DNA of 64,000 nucleotides from Bacteroidaceae bacterium (GTDB lineage Bacteria; Bacteroidota; Bacteroidia; Bacteroidales; Barnesiellaceae_A). Within the stretch, counting starts at the first letter, position 1. Each line of letters opens with the position of its first letter. Under the pieces are notes generated by a model. That model searched no databases. It was not told the DNA's origin and saw only the letters and a program-made list of their open reading frames with translations. Position numbers and translations under genes: made by a program. This document shows, piece after piece, positions 1 through 8,810 of this stretch. Location of the stretch: NCBI GenBank assembly GCA_017410245.1, contig JAFQRE010000043.1, forward strand, positions 3,346 through 67,345, given 5' to 3'.

Positions 1-231
1 GCTTGGAAGTCTATCCCCGAAGATGATAGCGTAGAAGGCATCAACAACAATGATATGAAACTCTATGGTATCAATGGAGCTCTCTACATCAGCACTACCG
101 AGGCTACTCAACTCAACATCTACAACACCCAAGGTATGCTGGTGAAAACGATTGTTGCCGATGGCGAAATGTACATTACCCTTGCTCGCGGATTGTATAT
201 CGTAAACAATACCAAAGTTGTAGTTTATTGA
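1..231 (+). CDS. C-terminal fragment of a secreted protein with a T9SS (Por) C-terminal sorting domain; 5' end lies outside the window
   Basis: Frame 1 is open from base 1 to TGA at 229-231. The tail reads ...QLNIYNTQGMLVKTIVADGEMYITLARGLYIVNNTKVVVY, the same CTD pattern seen on five other proteins in this window. Confidence 0.8.
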   Translation, partial: AWKSIPEDDSVEGINNNDMKLYGINGALYISTTEATQLNIYNTQGMLVKTIVADGEMYITLARGLYIVNNTKVVVY

Positions 232-279
232 TAAATTATTACTGCAACAGCATATCATTGCTGTTGGCACACGCAATAG

Positions 280-311
280 GCACTGCACCACATAGGTGCA
301 GTGCTTTTTTC
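280..311 (+). terminator. rho-independent terminator
   Basis: Arm GCACTGCACC (280-289) pairs with GGTGCAGTGC (295-304) around a 5-nt loop, followed by TTTTTT at 305-310. Confidence 0.75.
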
Positions 312-415
312 ATGATATCGCAAGCCCCGATGTGCAGTTATAATAGCCATCTTATTCTTGCTTTTTCACAAAAAACTTACTTACTTTGCCAAATAAACAA
401 GTAACACTATCGGCT

Positions 416-1549
416 ATGAGATTTTTGTTTGTTGTACAAGGTGAAGGAAGAGGACACTTCATGCAAGCCATTGAACTGAAGGCAATGCTCGAACGTCATG
501 GACATGAAGTAGTAGAATGCCTCGTAGGAAAAAATCCGGCACGCATCATTCCCGACTACTTTTATAAACGCATGGAAGGCACTCACATCGACTCGTTCGA
601 GAGTCCCAACTTTGTACAAGGTGTGGAAGGGAAACACCCCTCATACTTCCAAACCTTTGTACAGAATATAACCAAGCTGCCGGGTTTCTCACAATCGATG
701 CACACCCTGCGCACCACCATAGCCCGCGTAGCCCCCGATGCCATTATCAACTTCTATGATGTCATGTTGGGCATCTCCAACTATCTGGCACCTATGCAGT
801 TGCCCATCATCAGTATAGGGCATCAGTACTTGTTTCTGCATCGCGACTTTGAGTTTCCCAACAAAAAGAGCAAAGTGGAATTGGACCCCCTGCGCCTCTT
901 CACAATAGCCACCAGTGTAGGCTCTTGCAGGCGTTTGGCACTCTCGTTCTACCCCTTGAACGATGACAACGATCGCGACATCGTTGTTGTACCGCCCATA
1001 CTGCGCACAGCAGTACGCAACATGCCCACCAGTCAAGGCAACTATATACACGGCTATATGCTCAACAGTGGATTTGCCGAGGAGGTGCAACAATGGCAAG
1101 CCCAACACCCCGAGGTAGAGATGCACTTCTTCTGGGACAAAGCCGATGCTCCCGACACCTGCGAGTTGCAACCCGGACTGACCATGCACCGCATCAACGA
1201 CACCAAGTTCCTTGAGTCGATGGCCGGTTGTAGCGGATATGCCACCACATCGGGGTTTGAGAGCGTGTGCGAAGCCCTGTACATGGGCAAGCCGGCCATA
1301 CTCATACCCGTACACATCGAGCAAGAGTGCAACGGCTATGATGCCATGAAAGTAGGTGCCGGAATTGTTACCAAGCACTTCGATATAGACCGTCTGCTCG
1401 AATTGATACAAAGCTACAAGCCCAACGAGGAGTTCCGCACATGGTGCAACGAGGCCGAGCAACGCATTATCAGTGCTATCGAAGATACCATCAATAACTT
1501 CGACCTGCGATGGTATCACCGCATCATAGGTCGCCACATCTTCCGTTGA
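416..1549 (+). CDS. glycosyltransferase (MurG/GT28-GT1-like fold, UDP-sugar dependent)
   Basis: ATG at 416 lies inside the 386..1549 ORF. The N-terminus MRFLFVVQGEGRGHFMQAIELKAML is the typical G-rich loop of GT-B glycosyltransferases. The C-terminal half has GYATTSGFESVCEALYMGKPAILIPV, a nucleotide-sugar binding motif. Confidence 0.8.
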   Translation: MRFLFVVQGEGRGHFMQAIELKAMLERHGHEVVECLVGKNPARIIPDYFYKRMEGTHIDSFESPNFVQGVEGKHPSYFQTFVQNITKLPGFSQSMHTLRTTIARVAPDAIINFYDVMLGISNYLAPMQLPIISIGHQYLFLHRDFEFPNKKSKVELDPLRLFTIATSVGSCRRLALSFYPLNDDNDRDIVVVPPILRTAVRNMPTSQGNYIHGYMLNSGFAEEVQQWQAQHPEVEMHFFWDKADAPDTCELQPGLTMHRINDTKFLESMAGCSGYATTSGFESVCEALYMGKPAILIPVHIEQECNGYDAMKVGAGIVTKHFDIDRLLELIQSYKPNEEFRTWCNEAEQRIISAIEDTINNFDLRWYHRIIGRHIFR

Positions 1550-1610
1550 TATAGCGCTGTAACTCTACGGCTTGCATCTGCGACTCTACAGCTGACGAAA
1601 ATAGAAAAGA

Positions 1611-2378
1611 TTACTTACCTTGCGACACAAGGTAGCCTTTCACGTCCTTGAAAAGCGGTGTTGCAAAGATAAAATCGTCGAGAGCATCGTTACCACTGGT
1701 GGTGATTTGGCTACTTGTTCCCTCCCAAGCCAGATGGCCCTTGTTGATAAAGATAATATGCTCGCCAATACCCAGTACCGAGTTCATATCGTGGGTATTG
1801 ATGATGGTGGTGATGTTGTACTCGTGCGTGATGTCGCTGAGCAATTCATCGATGACAAGCGAAGTCTTAGGGTCGAGACCCGAGTTGGGCTCATCGCAGA
1901 ACAGATACTTGGGGTTGAGCGCTATAGCACGTGCAATGGCCACACGTTTCTGCATACCACCACTTATCTCCGATGGGTAGAGGTCGTTGGCACCACGCAG
2001 ATTGACACGTTCCAGACAAAACTCGGCACGCTTCTTACACTCCTGATACGACATGCGGGTATTCATGCGCAACGGATACATCACATTGCCCAACACCGTC
2101 TCCGAGTCGAAGAGTGCAGCACCTTGAAACAGCATACCTATCTCCTTGCGCAACTCCTTGACTTGACGGCTGTTCATACCCATACTATTGCGTCCGTCGT
2201 AGAGTATATCGCCCATTTCGGGCTTCACAAGGCCTATAATAGACTTGAGCAATACGGTCTTTCCCGAGCCACTCTGACCTATAATAAGATTGGTCTTACC
2301 TGTCTCAAATCGGGCCGAAATGTCAAACAATACCTGACGGCCTTCAAAAGTCTTATTTATATTCTTTACCTCTATCAT
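1611..2378 (-). CDS. ABC transporter ATP-binding protein, MlaF-like
   Basis: Start is at MIEVKNINKTF (ATG 2378), overlapping the upstream stop as ATGA. Walker A is GQSGSGKT, the ABC signature is ISGGMQKRVAIARA, and Walker B is LFCDEP. It is paired with a MlaE-type permease. Confidence 0.9.
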   Translation of the reverse strand: MIEVKNINKTFEGRQVLFDISARFETGKTNLIIGQSGSGKTVLLKSIIGLVKPEMGDILYDGRNSMGMNSRQVKELRKEIGMLFQGAALFDSETVLGNVMYPLRMNTRMSYQECKKRAEFCLERVNLRGANDLYPSEISGGMQKRVAIARAIALNPKYLFCDEPNSGLDPKTSLVIDELLSDITHEYNITTIINTHDMNSVLGIGEHIIFINKGHLAWEGTSSQITTSGNDALDDFIFATPLFKDVKGYLVSQGK

Positions 2379-3127
2379 CCCATCATGATTGTTGTGAGTA
2401 ATACATCTACTATAAGCACAATAACACTGCTTGTCACCACAGCATTGGTACTGGCACGACCCACCTCGCGCGAGCCTCCCTTGACACTGTAACCGTAGAA
2501 CGAGGCTACACTGCTGATGATAAATCCGAAGAAGAGTGTCTTGAAGAGAGCATACCAAATGTAGTACTCGCGGAAGAATGCTTGGAAACCATGTGTAAGC
2601 GTAGAGATGGGCATAATGTCGGTAAAGAGGGCTATAAAGTAGGCTCCACCCAGTCCGGTAATCATACTGAAGGCCGACAATACAGGTATATAAGTCACCA
2701 TTGCCACAACCTTGGGCAGAATGATATAGTTGGCACTGTTGATACCCATTATCTCCATGGCATCTATCTGCTCGGTGACACGCATGGTACCTATCTCCGA
2801 GGCTATATTTGATCCCACTTTACCGGCCAAGATAAGTGCCATAATCGACGAGGAGAACTCCAGCAATACAATTTCGCGCACAGCATAGCCCACGGTATAT
2901 CGAGGCAACGAGGGCGACATGATGTTGAGCTGCATCTGTATGGTGATGACAGCACCTATAAATATCGAGATAATAAAGACGATAAGTATCGAGTTTACTC
3001 CCAGTTTATACACTTCATCGATATAGCAACGGAAAAACTCACGCCAGCGGTCGGGGCGCGTAAAGGTACGTCCCATCAACATTACATAGTTTCCGAAGTC
3101 CGATAAGGGTTTCTTTATAAAATTCAT
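2375..3127 (-). CDS. MlaE-family ABC transporter permease
   Basis: 250-aa multi-pass membrane protein. The N-terminus ...GRTFTRPDRWREFFRCYIDEVYKLGVNSILIV is typical of MlaE/YrbE permeases. It is translationally coupled to the ATPase gene. Confidence 0.85.
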   Translation of the reverse strand: MNFIKKPLSDFGNYVMLMGRTFTRPDRWREFFRCYIDEVYKLGVNSILIVFIISIFIGAVITIQMQLNIMSPSLPRYTVGYAVREIVLLEFSSSIMALILAGKVGSNIASEIGTMRVTEQIDAMEIMGINSANYIILPKVVAMVTYIPVLSAFSMITGLGGAYFIALFTDIMPISTLTHGFQAFFREYYIWYALFKTLFFGFIISSVASFYGYSVKGGSREVGRASTNAVVTSSVIVLIVDVLLTTIMMG

Positions 3128-3164
3128 CTCTAATGTGTATCTATAACAGACAAGAAAATCGATG

Positions 3165-3172
3165 CAAAATTA
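3165..3172 (-). promoter_or_regulatory. putative Bacteroides-type -7 promoter box (TAnnTTTG) for the mlaE-like operon
   Basis: The minus strand reads TAATTTTG, 38 nt upstream of ATG 3127. Confidence 0.45.
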
Positions 3173-3365
3173 ATAAAAATTGGCAAGTCACAGCATGTTG
3201 AGCCGTAGTTTAATTATTCTGGTTTAAGGTATTTTAAGGCAACACGACAGTGTGCCATCTGCAGCAACCCTCACGAGGGCATTGCTTTACAGCAGACAAA
3301 CTATTTCACTTGCACTATTTTGTAATAAAATTCTATAAATGCTTTTTTGTGCGTCATCTTTATTG

Positions 3366-3373
3366 TATTTTTG
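3366..3373 (+). promoter_or_regulatory. putative -7 promoter box (TAnnTTTG) for lptB
   Basis: TATTTTTG ends 9 nt before ATG 3382, which implies a very short leader. Confidence 0.4.
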
Positions 3374-3381
3374 CACTACTT

Positions 3382-4182
3382 ATGGAAACAAACACGATAG
3401 AACAACCCGCTACAAGCGTTGCCGATAACACCCCCAATACCGGCATGATATTGCGTACCGACGATCTTGTGAAAAAATATCGCCAACGCACTGTTGTCAA
3501 TCATGTCTCTATCAATGTCACTCAAGGCGAGATTGTAGGTCTGCTGGGTCCCAATGGAGCCGGCAAGACAACAACGTTTTATATGACAACCGGTCTTGTA
3601 CCTCCCAACGAGGGGCACATCTATCTCAACGACTTAGACATCACCGAATATCCGGTATATAAACGTGCTCAGCATGGTATAGGCTACTTGGCACAAGAGC
3701 CATCGGTATTTCGCAAGCTCACAGTCGAAGACAACATACGTGCCGTATTGCAAATGACCGATACCACTGCCGAGTATCAGCGCGACAAGTTGGAGAGTCT
3801 CATTGCCGAGTTTCGCTTGGGCAAAGTGCGCAAAAACCTTGGCGACCAGCTATCGGGTGGCGAACGTCGTCGTACCGAGATAGCACGTTGTCTGGCCATC
3901 GACCCCAAGTTTATCATGCTCGATGAGCCGTTTGCCGGTGTCGATCCTATTGCCGTAGAGGATATTCAGTATATCGTATATAAACTCAAGGAGAAGAATA
4001 TAGGCATACTCATCACCGACCACAATGCCCCCGAGACACTGAGTATTACCGACCGCGCCTACCTGCTCTTTGAGGGCAAAATACTCTTCCAAGGCACATC
4101 GGAGGAGCTGGCAGCCAATCCGGTGGTGCGTGAGAAGTATCTCGGTCGCAGTTTTGTGTTCCGCCGCAAGAAATTCGACTAA
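3382..4182 (+). CDS. lptB: LPS export ABC transporter ATP-binding protein LptB
   Basis: Start is at METNTIEQ (ATG 3382) within ORF 3250..4182. It carries GPNGAGKTTTFYM, LSGGERRRTEIARCLA, LDEPFAGVDP, ITDHNAPETL and the C-terminal REKYLG motif typical of LptB. Confidence 0.9.
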   Translation: METNTIEQPATSVADNTPNTGMILRTDDLVKKYRQRTVVNHVSINVTQGEIVGLLGPNGAGKTTTFYMTTGLVPPNEGHIYLNDLDITEYPVYKRAQHGIGYLAQEPSVFRKLTVEDNIRAVLQMTDTTAEYQRDKLESLIAEFRLGKVRKNLGDQLSGGERRRTEIARCLAIDPKFIMLDEPFAGVDPIAVEDIQYIVYKLKEKNIGILITDHNAPETLSITDRAYLLFEGKILFQGTSEELAANPVVREKYLGRSFVFRRKKFD

Positions 4183-4221
4183 CAACCACCTTCGACAGAA
4201 ACCACATCACACCCAATAGCA

Positions 4222-4262
4222 AGAGGAGAGCCAACACACCAACGGCTCTCCTCTCTTGTTTT
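4222..4262 (+). terminator. rho-independent terminator of lptB
   Basis: AGAGGAGAGCC (4222-4232) pairs with GGCTCTCCTCT (4244-4254), followed by a T-rich CTTGTTTTA. Confidence 0.7.
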
Positions 4263-4315
4263 ATGCGCCATGAGTGCTCATAGGCAATCATCGCGCACCG
4301 AGGTTACTATACCTC

Positions 4316-4358
4316 TCAAAAACAGCAAGGGTGCTACCCTTGTGGGGAAGCACCCTTG
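4316..4358 (-). terminator. rho-independent terminator of the 1177-aa T9SS cargo gene
   Basis: CAAGGGTGCT (4326-4335) pairs with AGCACCCTTG (4349-4358). On the minus strand the hairpin is followed by CTGTTTTTGAG. Confidence 0.7.
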
Positions 4359-4462
4359 TCTTATGTGAAGCGGTTGCGGACTTATGGCGCAAATACCGTC
4401 ATAGTTTCCGGACTTGTGATGAAGCGTGTCATCATAGTTTCATCACCGCCTTAGTTCATTTA

Positions 4463-7400
4463 TTAGCGTACCACTTTGGCTGTAGCAACAGCACCGTCGG
4501 CGTAAGTAGCGCGAACGAGGTAAACGCCCTCAGCAAGACCGGCAGCGTCGGTAGTACCTACTTGACGACCATTCACGTCGTAGATAACAACCTCAACAGC
4601 ACCCTCGGCTACTACTTGGTAAGCAGCATCGAGATAGATAGCTGTGTTTACCTCAACACTCTCTACAGCTGTAACATTTGTGATGTCCTCTTGGGTACGA
4701 GGATGGATTGTGTACAAACCGTTATAGTTGATACCGGCAACATCAACAATACCTACGATGGTCATCAAGTCGTAAGTAGTATAACCGAACCTGTTGTTCA
4801 ATTGGAGTCTGTTACCTTGTTCGTCAACGAGGAACTTAACGGGATCGCCCCATTGATCAACATCTTCTACGTAAGAAACGAATTTGATACGAACGAGATT
4901 GTTGGCATAGAGAGTAGCAGGAACACCTAAATTGAGAGCATCGTCAGCCTCTTTGAGAAGGTCAGCAATAGTAACATCTTTTACAATAGGCTCGGCAGTA
5001 CCGGTTACCTCCAATGCATAGTCACCATTTTGGTTATATCCGTTGAGGTAGTAGAGACCATAGTAAGAAGAGTATTGAGTGCTACCCTTAATACCTGTGA
5101 TTTGGTCACCAACTTTCACATCGGCTACAGTACCAACATTTTGCAAGTCGATACGCAAAGCTCCGGTCTCATCTTGAACGAACAAGTAGCATGAGTAATC
5201 GCCAAAGTGAATGTAAGTAACAGTTACGGGATTAACAATATGTTGTACCAAAGACTCGTCACCAAGATAACCATCGGCCATCAAAGCTGCGATGTTGTCA
5301 TACATGATGTCTTTCGACATAGTACCTGTTACGTAGAATACGCGAGCATCGTCGGTAGTGTTACCGGCATTGTAAACACCAAGAATGAGGTCGTTCATAG
5401 TAACACCAAGGTTGGCATCGAAATCGTACATATTAGAAGCAACAGCAATGCGAGCAGTCTTTTCAGTAGCTATCTCGATATACTCACCTGTCTCGGGATC
5501 TTGTTCCCAATCGATTTGAGTATAAACGGCCTCATAGAAGTAGTTTTCACCCTCTTTAATGAATTGACCACCTGCGGGCAACTTCACGGCGCGAGCCGAG
5601 TAGTTAGCAGCATTGTACTCGATGTAAGCGGGATCTACAGTTTCGCCATAAACAACCTTGTTGTCACTGCTAACTACAGTAATGTTAGCATCTTCGGCAA
5701 CGGCAAAGCGAGCACCATTGAAGAGGATATAGTTCCAGTCCTCATCGTAGTCAGCATAGAGAGGAGTAGAGACACCCTTCATACCGGTAATAGCATCACC
5801 GGGTTTCACACTGGTCTTAACACCTGTGAAGAGGTTACCCATCATCATCTTTTGGCCATAAGCCGAAGTACCCATATATTGTACAAATACATTAGCACCA
5901 TCAACATAAGTTACAACAGCCTCACCGAAGATATTGTATGCTTGACCGGCAGCCTCGGGATAGTACATTACATAAGTATCCAAGTCGCTGATGGTGTTGA
6001 AGCCATGAACAGCCTCGATGCTAACGATAGTGAATGCACCACCGTACTCATCTTCAGTATAGATACCTTTGAGGTCGAATACACCGGCAGCTTGCAAACC
6101 GATGGCACGAGTTGTACCGTCAGCAAGATAATAGTCGGTATAGTAACCGGCCGAAACTGCCAAGATCTCGGCATTCTTCAAGATAACGGGTAAACCGGCA
6201 TACTGGGGAAGCTCGGCGGGATCGGTAACCTCGGGAACAAGAGTAGCATCGGTAATGTGCTCTTGAGAGAGAGGCATAAATTGATAGATGTAGTTGCTAT
6301 TAATGCGACAGTAGTCGGCGATACCAATGATATTGTTGCGCTCGTAAACTTGGAAGTTCATCTTGTCAGGATACCAGAGGTTAGAAAGTTCCATTGTATC
6401 GGTACCTTGAATGAGATATTTCACATCGCTACCCCAAGGATCGAGAGTATCTACTACTTGAACATCGAGAAGAGTAACAACTCTATTGGCAACTTTAGTC
6501 ATAGAACTATTCTCTTGACAGTCTTTCCACTCGTTAAGCATATCTTCAACAGTTACGACAGCTGTCGATTTCACCTCATTGCCAGTACTTTCTACTGTGG
6601 GAACGAAAGTAACAGCACCGTTGGTAGAATAGTCATATATACTAGCATACAAAGCGGGAGCTGCGCTACCTGTATTGAATTGAGCATAACCCTTCACACC
6701 GGTTACAACATCACCCGGTTGGATAGCCTTGAGAGCCTCATAGTCGGGATTACCTTCATAAATAGCATCGCTATAATCAACAGCGATACCATCGCCAGAC
6801 TCATCAGCAAAAATGAGGACAAATTTGTAATTTCCATCATCAAATTTGTAAGTAACAGTAAGAGGGCAAGTAAATTCGGTAGGAATTTCCTCTTCATATT
6901 GTTCACTACCCTTGCGGAGGAACGAACCAATAGAGGCTTGCTGATCAACAGGAGAAATGAACTCGGTAACGAGCAAACGGTCACTATCGCCGGTGTTGCG
7001 ATAATCCCATACACCACCAACATATTCTTCACATACTTTATCAACATATTGGCTGAGGTCGATGTAACGAGAAGCAACCTCTATAGAAGCTGTCTTTTCG
7101 ATATACACCCACTTACCATCTACATATTCCTCTACTTTATATTTGCCTTCATAATAATATTTACCATCGATTGACTTGAAAGTACCACCGGCAGCAAGAC
7201 GTACAGGTTGTGCCTCGGCAACATAGCCCCGCAACAAATCATCTACAGAACAAGAAGTATATTGAATGTTTATAGCCTCATAGTTGTCAGCCCAAAGCAT
7301 CACAGAGGGGTCGATAGCGAAGTGACCACCTTTGTGGTCTATTTCTTCCCAACTCTCATTGTAAGTTACAACAGTGGGAACATAGTTACCCATGAAACGA

Positions 7401-7996
7401 CCGCCACTCACCCAACCGGTAAGCTCATCGCCTTTGAGGAACTCTGCTTCGGCATCGGGATATGTCATCACACCATACATAGGTTGCATACTGTAGCCGG
7501 TATTGGCCATTGTATAGTAGAAAATCCAGTCACCCATAGTGTGTGAAACAATAGCAGTACCTCCCTTAACAATGATATTGGGAGAGTTCTCAAATACATA
7601 GGCATTGCTTGATTGGGCACCATAACGCAAGAGGTCGCCCAATTGTTCGAATGCCAATACTTGAGTAACTGAATCAACATAGAACTCACGATAAGAAGAA
7701 CCGTCCCAGCTCTCAACAGTGTGAGCCAAACCTACAGCAGAGAATTTAGCAGGTACGGGATAAACATTACCACCGATTTGAGTAGTTCCATCACTCAAAC
7801 AGGGTGTTGAAGATACATAGTAACCGAAGTCTTGTTCAACGACAACGACATCGATACCTTCAAATAATACCATTGTACTATCGGGCAGAGCATTGAGCTC
7901 TTCTACCGATGTAACCACGGTATACTCTTGTGCTTCTTGCGCCATTGCAAATGTGGCAACAAACGCAGTTGCAAGTGTTAGTAAAAATTTTTTCAT
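4463..7996 (-). CDS. large secreted T9SS cargo protein of unknown function, built from two ~540-aa super-repeats plus a CTD
   Basis: Start is at MKKFLLTLATAFVATFAMAQ (signal peptide, ATG 7996). The C-terminus VVIYDVNGRQVGTTDAAGLAEGVYLVRATYADGAVATAKVVR is a T9SS CTD. GDxxTGxKG motifs recur. Confidence 0.9.
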   Translation of the reverse strand: MKKFLLTLATAFVATFAMAQEAQEYTVVTSVEELNALPDSTMVLFEGIDVVVVEQDFGYYVSSTPCLSDGTTQIGGNVYPVPAKFSAVGLAHTVESWDGSSYREFYVDSVTQVLAFEQLGDLLRYGAQSSNAYVFENSPNIIVKGGTAIVSHTMGDWIFYYTMANTGYSMQPMYGVMTYPDAEAEFLKGDELTGWVSGGRFMGNYVPTVVTYNESWEEIDHKGGHFAIDPSVMLWADNYEAINIQYTSCSVDDLLRGYVAEAQPVRLAAGGTFKSIDGKYYYEGKYKVEEYVDGKWVYIEKTASIEVASRYIDLSQYVDKVCEEYVGGVWDYRNTGDSDRLLVTEFISPVDQQASIGSFLRKGSEQYEEEIPTEFTCPLTVTYKFDDGNYKFVLIFADESGDGIAVDYSDAIYEGNPDYEALKAIQPGDVVTGVKGYAQFNTGSAAPALYASIYDYSTNGAVTFVPTVESTGNEVKSTAVVTVEDMLNEWKDCQENSSMTKVANRVVTLLDVQVVDTLDPWGSDVKYLIQGTDTMELSNLWYPDKMNFQVYERNNIIGIADYCRINSNYIYQFMPLSQEHITDATLVPEVTDPAELPQYAGLPVILKNAEILAVSAGYYTDYYLADGTTRAIGLQAAGVFDLKGIYTEDEYGGAFTIVSIEAVHGFNTISDLDTYVMYYPEAAGQAYNIFGEAVVTYVDGANVFVQYMGTSAYGQKMMMGNLFTGVKTSVKPGDAITGMKGVSTPLYADYDEDWNYILFNGARFAVAEDANITVVSSDNKVVYGETVDPAYIEYNAANYSARAVKLPAGGQFIKEGENYFYEAVYTQIDWEQDPETGEYIEIATEKTARIAVASNMYDFDANLGVTMNDLILGVYNAGNTTDDARVFYVTGTMSKDIMYDNIAALMADGYLGDESLVQHIVNPVTVTYIHFGDYSCYLFVQDETGALRIDLQNVGTVADVKVGDQITGIKGSTQYSSYYGLYYLNGYNQNGDYALEVTGTAEPIVKDVTIADLLKEADDALNLGVPATLYANNLVRIKFVSYVEDVDQWGDPVKFLVDEQGNRLQLNNRFGYTTYDLMTIVGIVDVAGINYNGLYTIHPRTQEDITNVTAVESVEVNTAIYLDAAYQVVAEGAVEVVIYDVNGRQVGTTDAAGLAEGVYLVRATYADGAVATAKVVR
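4679..6229 (-). repeat. intragenic super-repeat 2 (aa ~590-1106) of the 1177-aa cargo protein
   Basis: It aligns by eye with aa ~24-583. Examples: VKLPAGGQFIKEGENYFYEAVY vs VRLAAGGTFKSIDGKYYYEGKY; KVGDQITGIKG vs QPGDVVTGVKG; HPRTQEDIT vs PLSQEHIT. Confidence 0.7.
6248..7927 (-). repeat. intragenic super-repeat 1 (aa ~24-583) of the 1177-aa cargo protein
   Basis: Same evidence as for repeat 2. The divergence is protein-level only; no long identical nucleotide runs were seen. Confidence 0.7.
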
Positions 7997-8032
7997 AAGA
8001 ATATTTATTAGTGAATAAAATAAATTTTGTGG

Positions 8033-8040
8033 CAAATTTA
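8033..8040 (-). promoter_or_regulatory. putative -7 promoter box for the 1177-aa cargo gene
   Basis: The minus strand reads TAAATTTG, 37 nt upstream of ATG 7996. Confidence 0.45.
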
Positions 8041-8157
8041 ATTATAAAATTCGATTATACAATTTTTTATTAAAGAAAAAATTTCCAACGTTATTGCTTA
8101 AACTGTAAAAAAATGTTATAATTTATTGTGCTACACAACTACTTCGATATATAATCG

Positions 8158-8165
8158 TAATTTTG
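8158..8165 (+). promoter_or_regulatory. putative -7 promoter box for the DUF456 gene
   Basis: TAATTTTG lies 30 nt upstream of ATG 8195. Confidence 0.45.
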
Positions 8166-8194
8166 TAGAAAAGAAAATCACATCATAAAATAAT

Positions 8195-8674
8195 ATGGAA
8201 ATAGCACTACTTATCATAGCAATCATACTATACATAATAGGTATAGCCGGTTGCATATTGCCTGCATTGGCTGGTCAGCCATTCTGTTACATTGCATTGT
8301 TGTTGGCTCAATGGAGCGGCTACATACACGTGAGCACAACAGCCCTTGTCGTATGGGGCGTTATTACGGTAGCACTCACCGTGTTGGAGATATTCCTCAC
8401 ACCCATGATGACACGCCGCTTTGGAGGAGGCAAAGGTGGCGAATGGGGTGCTATAATAGGTTTGTTTGCCGGTATGTTATTGCCATGGCCTTGGGGGCCT
8501 ATGGCAGGGCCGTTTGTGGGAGCATTGATAGGCGAAATAGTGGTATCGCGCCAATCGACCGACCGCGCACTCAAAGCAGCTTTCGGTTCGTTTTTATCGT
8601 TTTTCTTAGGCATTGGTATCAAGTTGCTGGCTTGTGGAGGTATGCTGGCTACAGCCCTGATGGCAATGGCATGA
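8195..8674 (+). CDS. DUF456-family small integral membrane protein
   Basis: 159 aa with 4-5 hydrophobic helices and a G-rich loop RRFGGGKGGEWGA. The identification as DUF456 is from memory. Confidence 0.75.
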   Translation: MEIALLIIAIILYIIGIAGCILPALAGQPFCYIALLLAQWSGYIHVSTTALVVWGVITVALTVLEIFLTPMMTRRFGGGKGGEWGAIIGLFAGMLLPWPWGPMAGPFVGALIGEIVVSRQSTDRALKAAFGSFLSFFLGIGIKLLACGGMLATALMAMA

Positions 8675-8741
8675 TTGCGCTCAATAATGCAAATATATGT
8701 TAAAGCGACAAACAATAACATAATAGGGCAACAAAAAACAT

Positions 8742-8749
8742 TATCTTTG
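8742..8749 (+). promoter_or_regulatory. putative -7 promoter box
   Basis: TATCTTTG lies 62 nt upstream of ATG 8811. Confidence 0.4.
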
Positions 8750-8810
8750 TATGATTTGCCACGCTCTATACATATATAATTACGTCAAGGAGTGACAAGA
8801 TAGACAATCA

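Noticed and set aside
689-1537. Long antisense ORFs opposite real genes. Examples: 689..1537(-), 1620..2492(+), 5207..6193(+), 6257..7174(+), 33602..33961(+), 39108..39668(+), 47062..48006(+), 48605..49339(+), 61537..62247(+).
   Set aside because: Each lies entirely inside a gene with a strong family-level match on the opposite strand. Their translations are low-complexity and rich in Cys/His/Arg, with no motifs. They are typical shadow ORFs produced by codon bias.
3250-3381. N-terminal extensions of track ORFs: 3250 for lptB, 2558 for the mlaF-like gene, 13514 for GSCFA, 10173 for the flippase, 24332 for tamB, 48441 for rimO, 55755 for menC, 50468 for the 855-aa gene, 386 for the GT.
   Set aside because: The extensions start at non-ATG codons, or run through promoter boxes, terminator hairpins or the upstream gene. 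An internal ATG gives the conserved family N-terminus and tidy ATGA or 1-nt junctions.
4274-4930. 218-aa plus-strand ORF spanning the lptB-cargo intergenic region and the 3' end of the cargo gene.
   Set aside because: It runs through two terminator hairpins and is antisense to the T9SS CTD-coding region. It has no motif and no promoter box.
8251-8721. Alternative-frame ORFs (8251..8703 on the plus strand, 8320..8721 on the minus strand) overlapping the DUF456 gene.
   Set aside because: Only the 8195..8674 frame gives a coherent multi-TM membrane protein, preceded by a promoter box. The others are Arg/Cys/His-rich shadow frames.
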